Positions 35,261 to 35,853 of a DNA stretch of 35,853 nt are shown piece by piece. Within the stretch, counting starts at the first letter, position 1. Each line of letters begins with the position of its first letter. The notes beneath the pieces were generated by a model that was not told the origin of the DNA, made no database searches, and worked only from the letters and a program-made list of their open reading frames with translations. A program made the position numbers and the translations under genes. Source of the DNA: a virus (taxonomy: Duplodnaviria > Heunggongvirae > Uroviricota > Caudoviricetes); IMG/VR virus record IMGVR_UViG_3300009678_000054, positions 1 to 35,853 of that record. One strand, written 5' to 3'.

Positions 35261-35525
35261 AGAAAAGTTCCTATTCATTTGCCAGGATGATGACGACCCA
35301 TCCGGCATATCAGTAACAACAAAAGACGGTGTGGACTCCCGCATCCGTTCATCCGAAAACATGGATGAAGACATTGACTTCAAAGTAATCGGTCGCATCC
35401 CCACAGCAAACTTAACGCTCGATTTCAGTCCCAATCTGATCCAATGGTATGAAGAAGGTGAAAAAGAAAAACAGCTTGTGGATAACGCAGTAATCAAAAT
35501 TATTCAAATTTTAACCGGATATTAA
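35250..35525 (+). CDS. hypothetical protein
   Basis: Start refined to ATG 35250; TAATG-coupled to recA. Confidence 0.55.
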   Translation: MANKEKFLFICQDDDDPSGISVTTKDGVDSRIRSSENMDEDIDFKVIGRIPTANLTLDFSPNLIQWYEEGEKEKQLVDNAVIKIIQILTGY

Positions 35526-35853
35526 TGCCAGTAAAGAAAACAACAAAAAAAGAAGAAGAATCAAAACAGACCATCGAAGATTTGAAAACCATCAAACTCA
35601 CTATTGACAAAATCGAAAAAGACTTTGGTAAAGGTTCAGTCATGATGCTTGGTGATAAACCAAAGAAAACTAACCAGGCTGTAAGCACTGGGTCAATTGG
35701 TCTGGACTACGCCCTGGGAATTGGCGGATTGCCGAAAGGAAGGGTAATTGAAATCTACGGACCTGAATCAAGCGGTAAGACTACAATAGCTATGCACCTG
35801 ATTGCAGAAGCACAAAAAATCGGTGGACGTTGCGTTATCATTGACGCAGAACA
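35525..35853 (+). CDS. recA: RecA, 5' part (truncated by window end)
   Basis: My translation: ...[18 protein letters not shown]...[34 protein letters not shown]...IIDAE. Confidence 0.95.
   Translation, partial: MPVKKTTKKEEESKQTIEDLKTIKLTIDKIEKDFGKGSVMMLGDKPKKTNQAVSTGSIGLDYALGIGGLPKGRVIEIYGPESSGKTTIAMHLIAEAQKIGGRCVIIDAE

Noticed and set aside
600-35688. Numerous minus-strand and alternate-frame ORFs in the track (e.g. 600-1079, 3802-4119, 8433-8831, 18541-18990, 20874-21347, 33220-33696)
   Set aside because: They lie antisense to or inside well-supported genes, have no recognisable motifs and no promoter; shadow ORFs
1-35853. Stop-codon reassignment as seen in some crAss-like phages
   Set aside because: Long genes are intact in code 11, and TAA, TGA and TAG (nrdJ) all act as stops
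1-35853. tRNA genes, CRISPR array, introns/inteins, reverse transcriptase/DGR, integrase or transposase
   Set aside because: No cloverleaf, spaced direct repeats or RT/integrase motifs seen; PolB, helicases and NrdJ have normal lengths without insertions

Overview
A 35.9 kb, almost entirely plus-strand, densely packed segment of a large dsDNA bacteriophage that most likely infects a Bacteroidota host. The host inference rests on Bacteroidota-type TTTG-N18-21-TAnnTTTG promoters, A-rich start contexts without Shine-Dalgarno sequences, a Bacteroidota-like RecA and a crAss-like PolB/primase. The standard genetic code fits. The window holds the replication/recombination module (PolB, SF2 and SF4 helicases, primase, Sak4-like ATPase + SSB, PD-(D/E)XK nucleases, DnaQ-like exonuclease, partial RecA) and nucleotide metabolism genes (class II RNR, two MazG-like proteins, a dNTP-diphosphohydrolase/HAD fusion, a UNG homologue with a substituted catalytic Asp). 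It also holds an RNA end-healing/sealing cluster (RNA ligase, split PNK kinase + phosphatase, CCA-type nucleotidyltransferase, AEP-like protein) and a separately promoted cassette of fibre-like repeat proteins. The most unusual observations are a helix-rich ~190 nt non-coding stretch with two potential pseudoknots (923-1115), the RNA-repair cluster sitting directly behind a short ORF + terminator, and several enzymes with altered or fused active sites. All family assignments are from motif recognition by eye; no searches were run.
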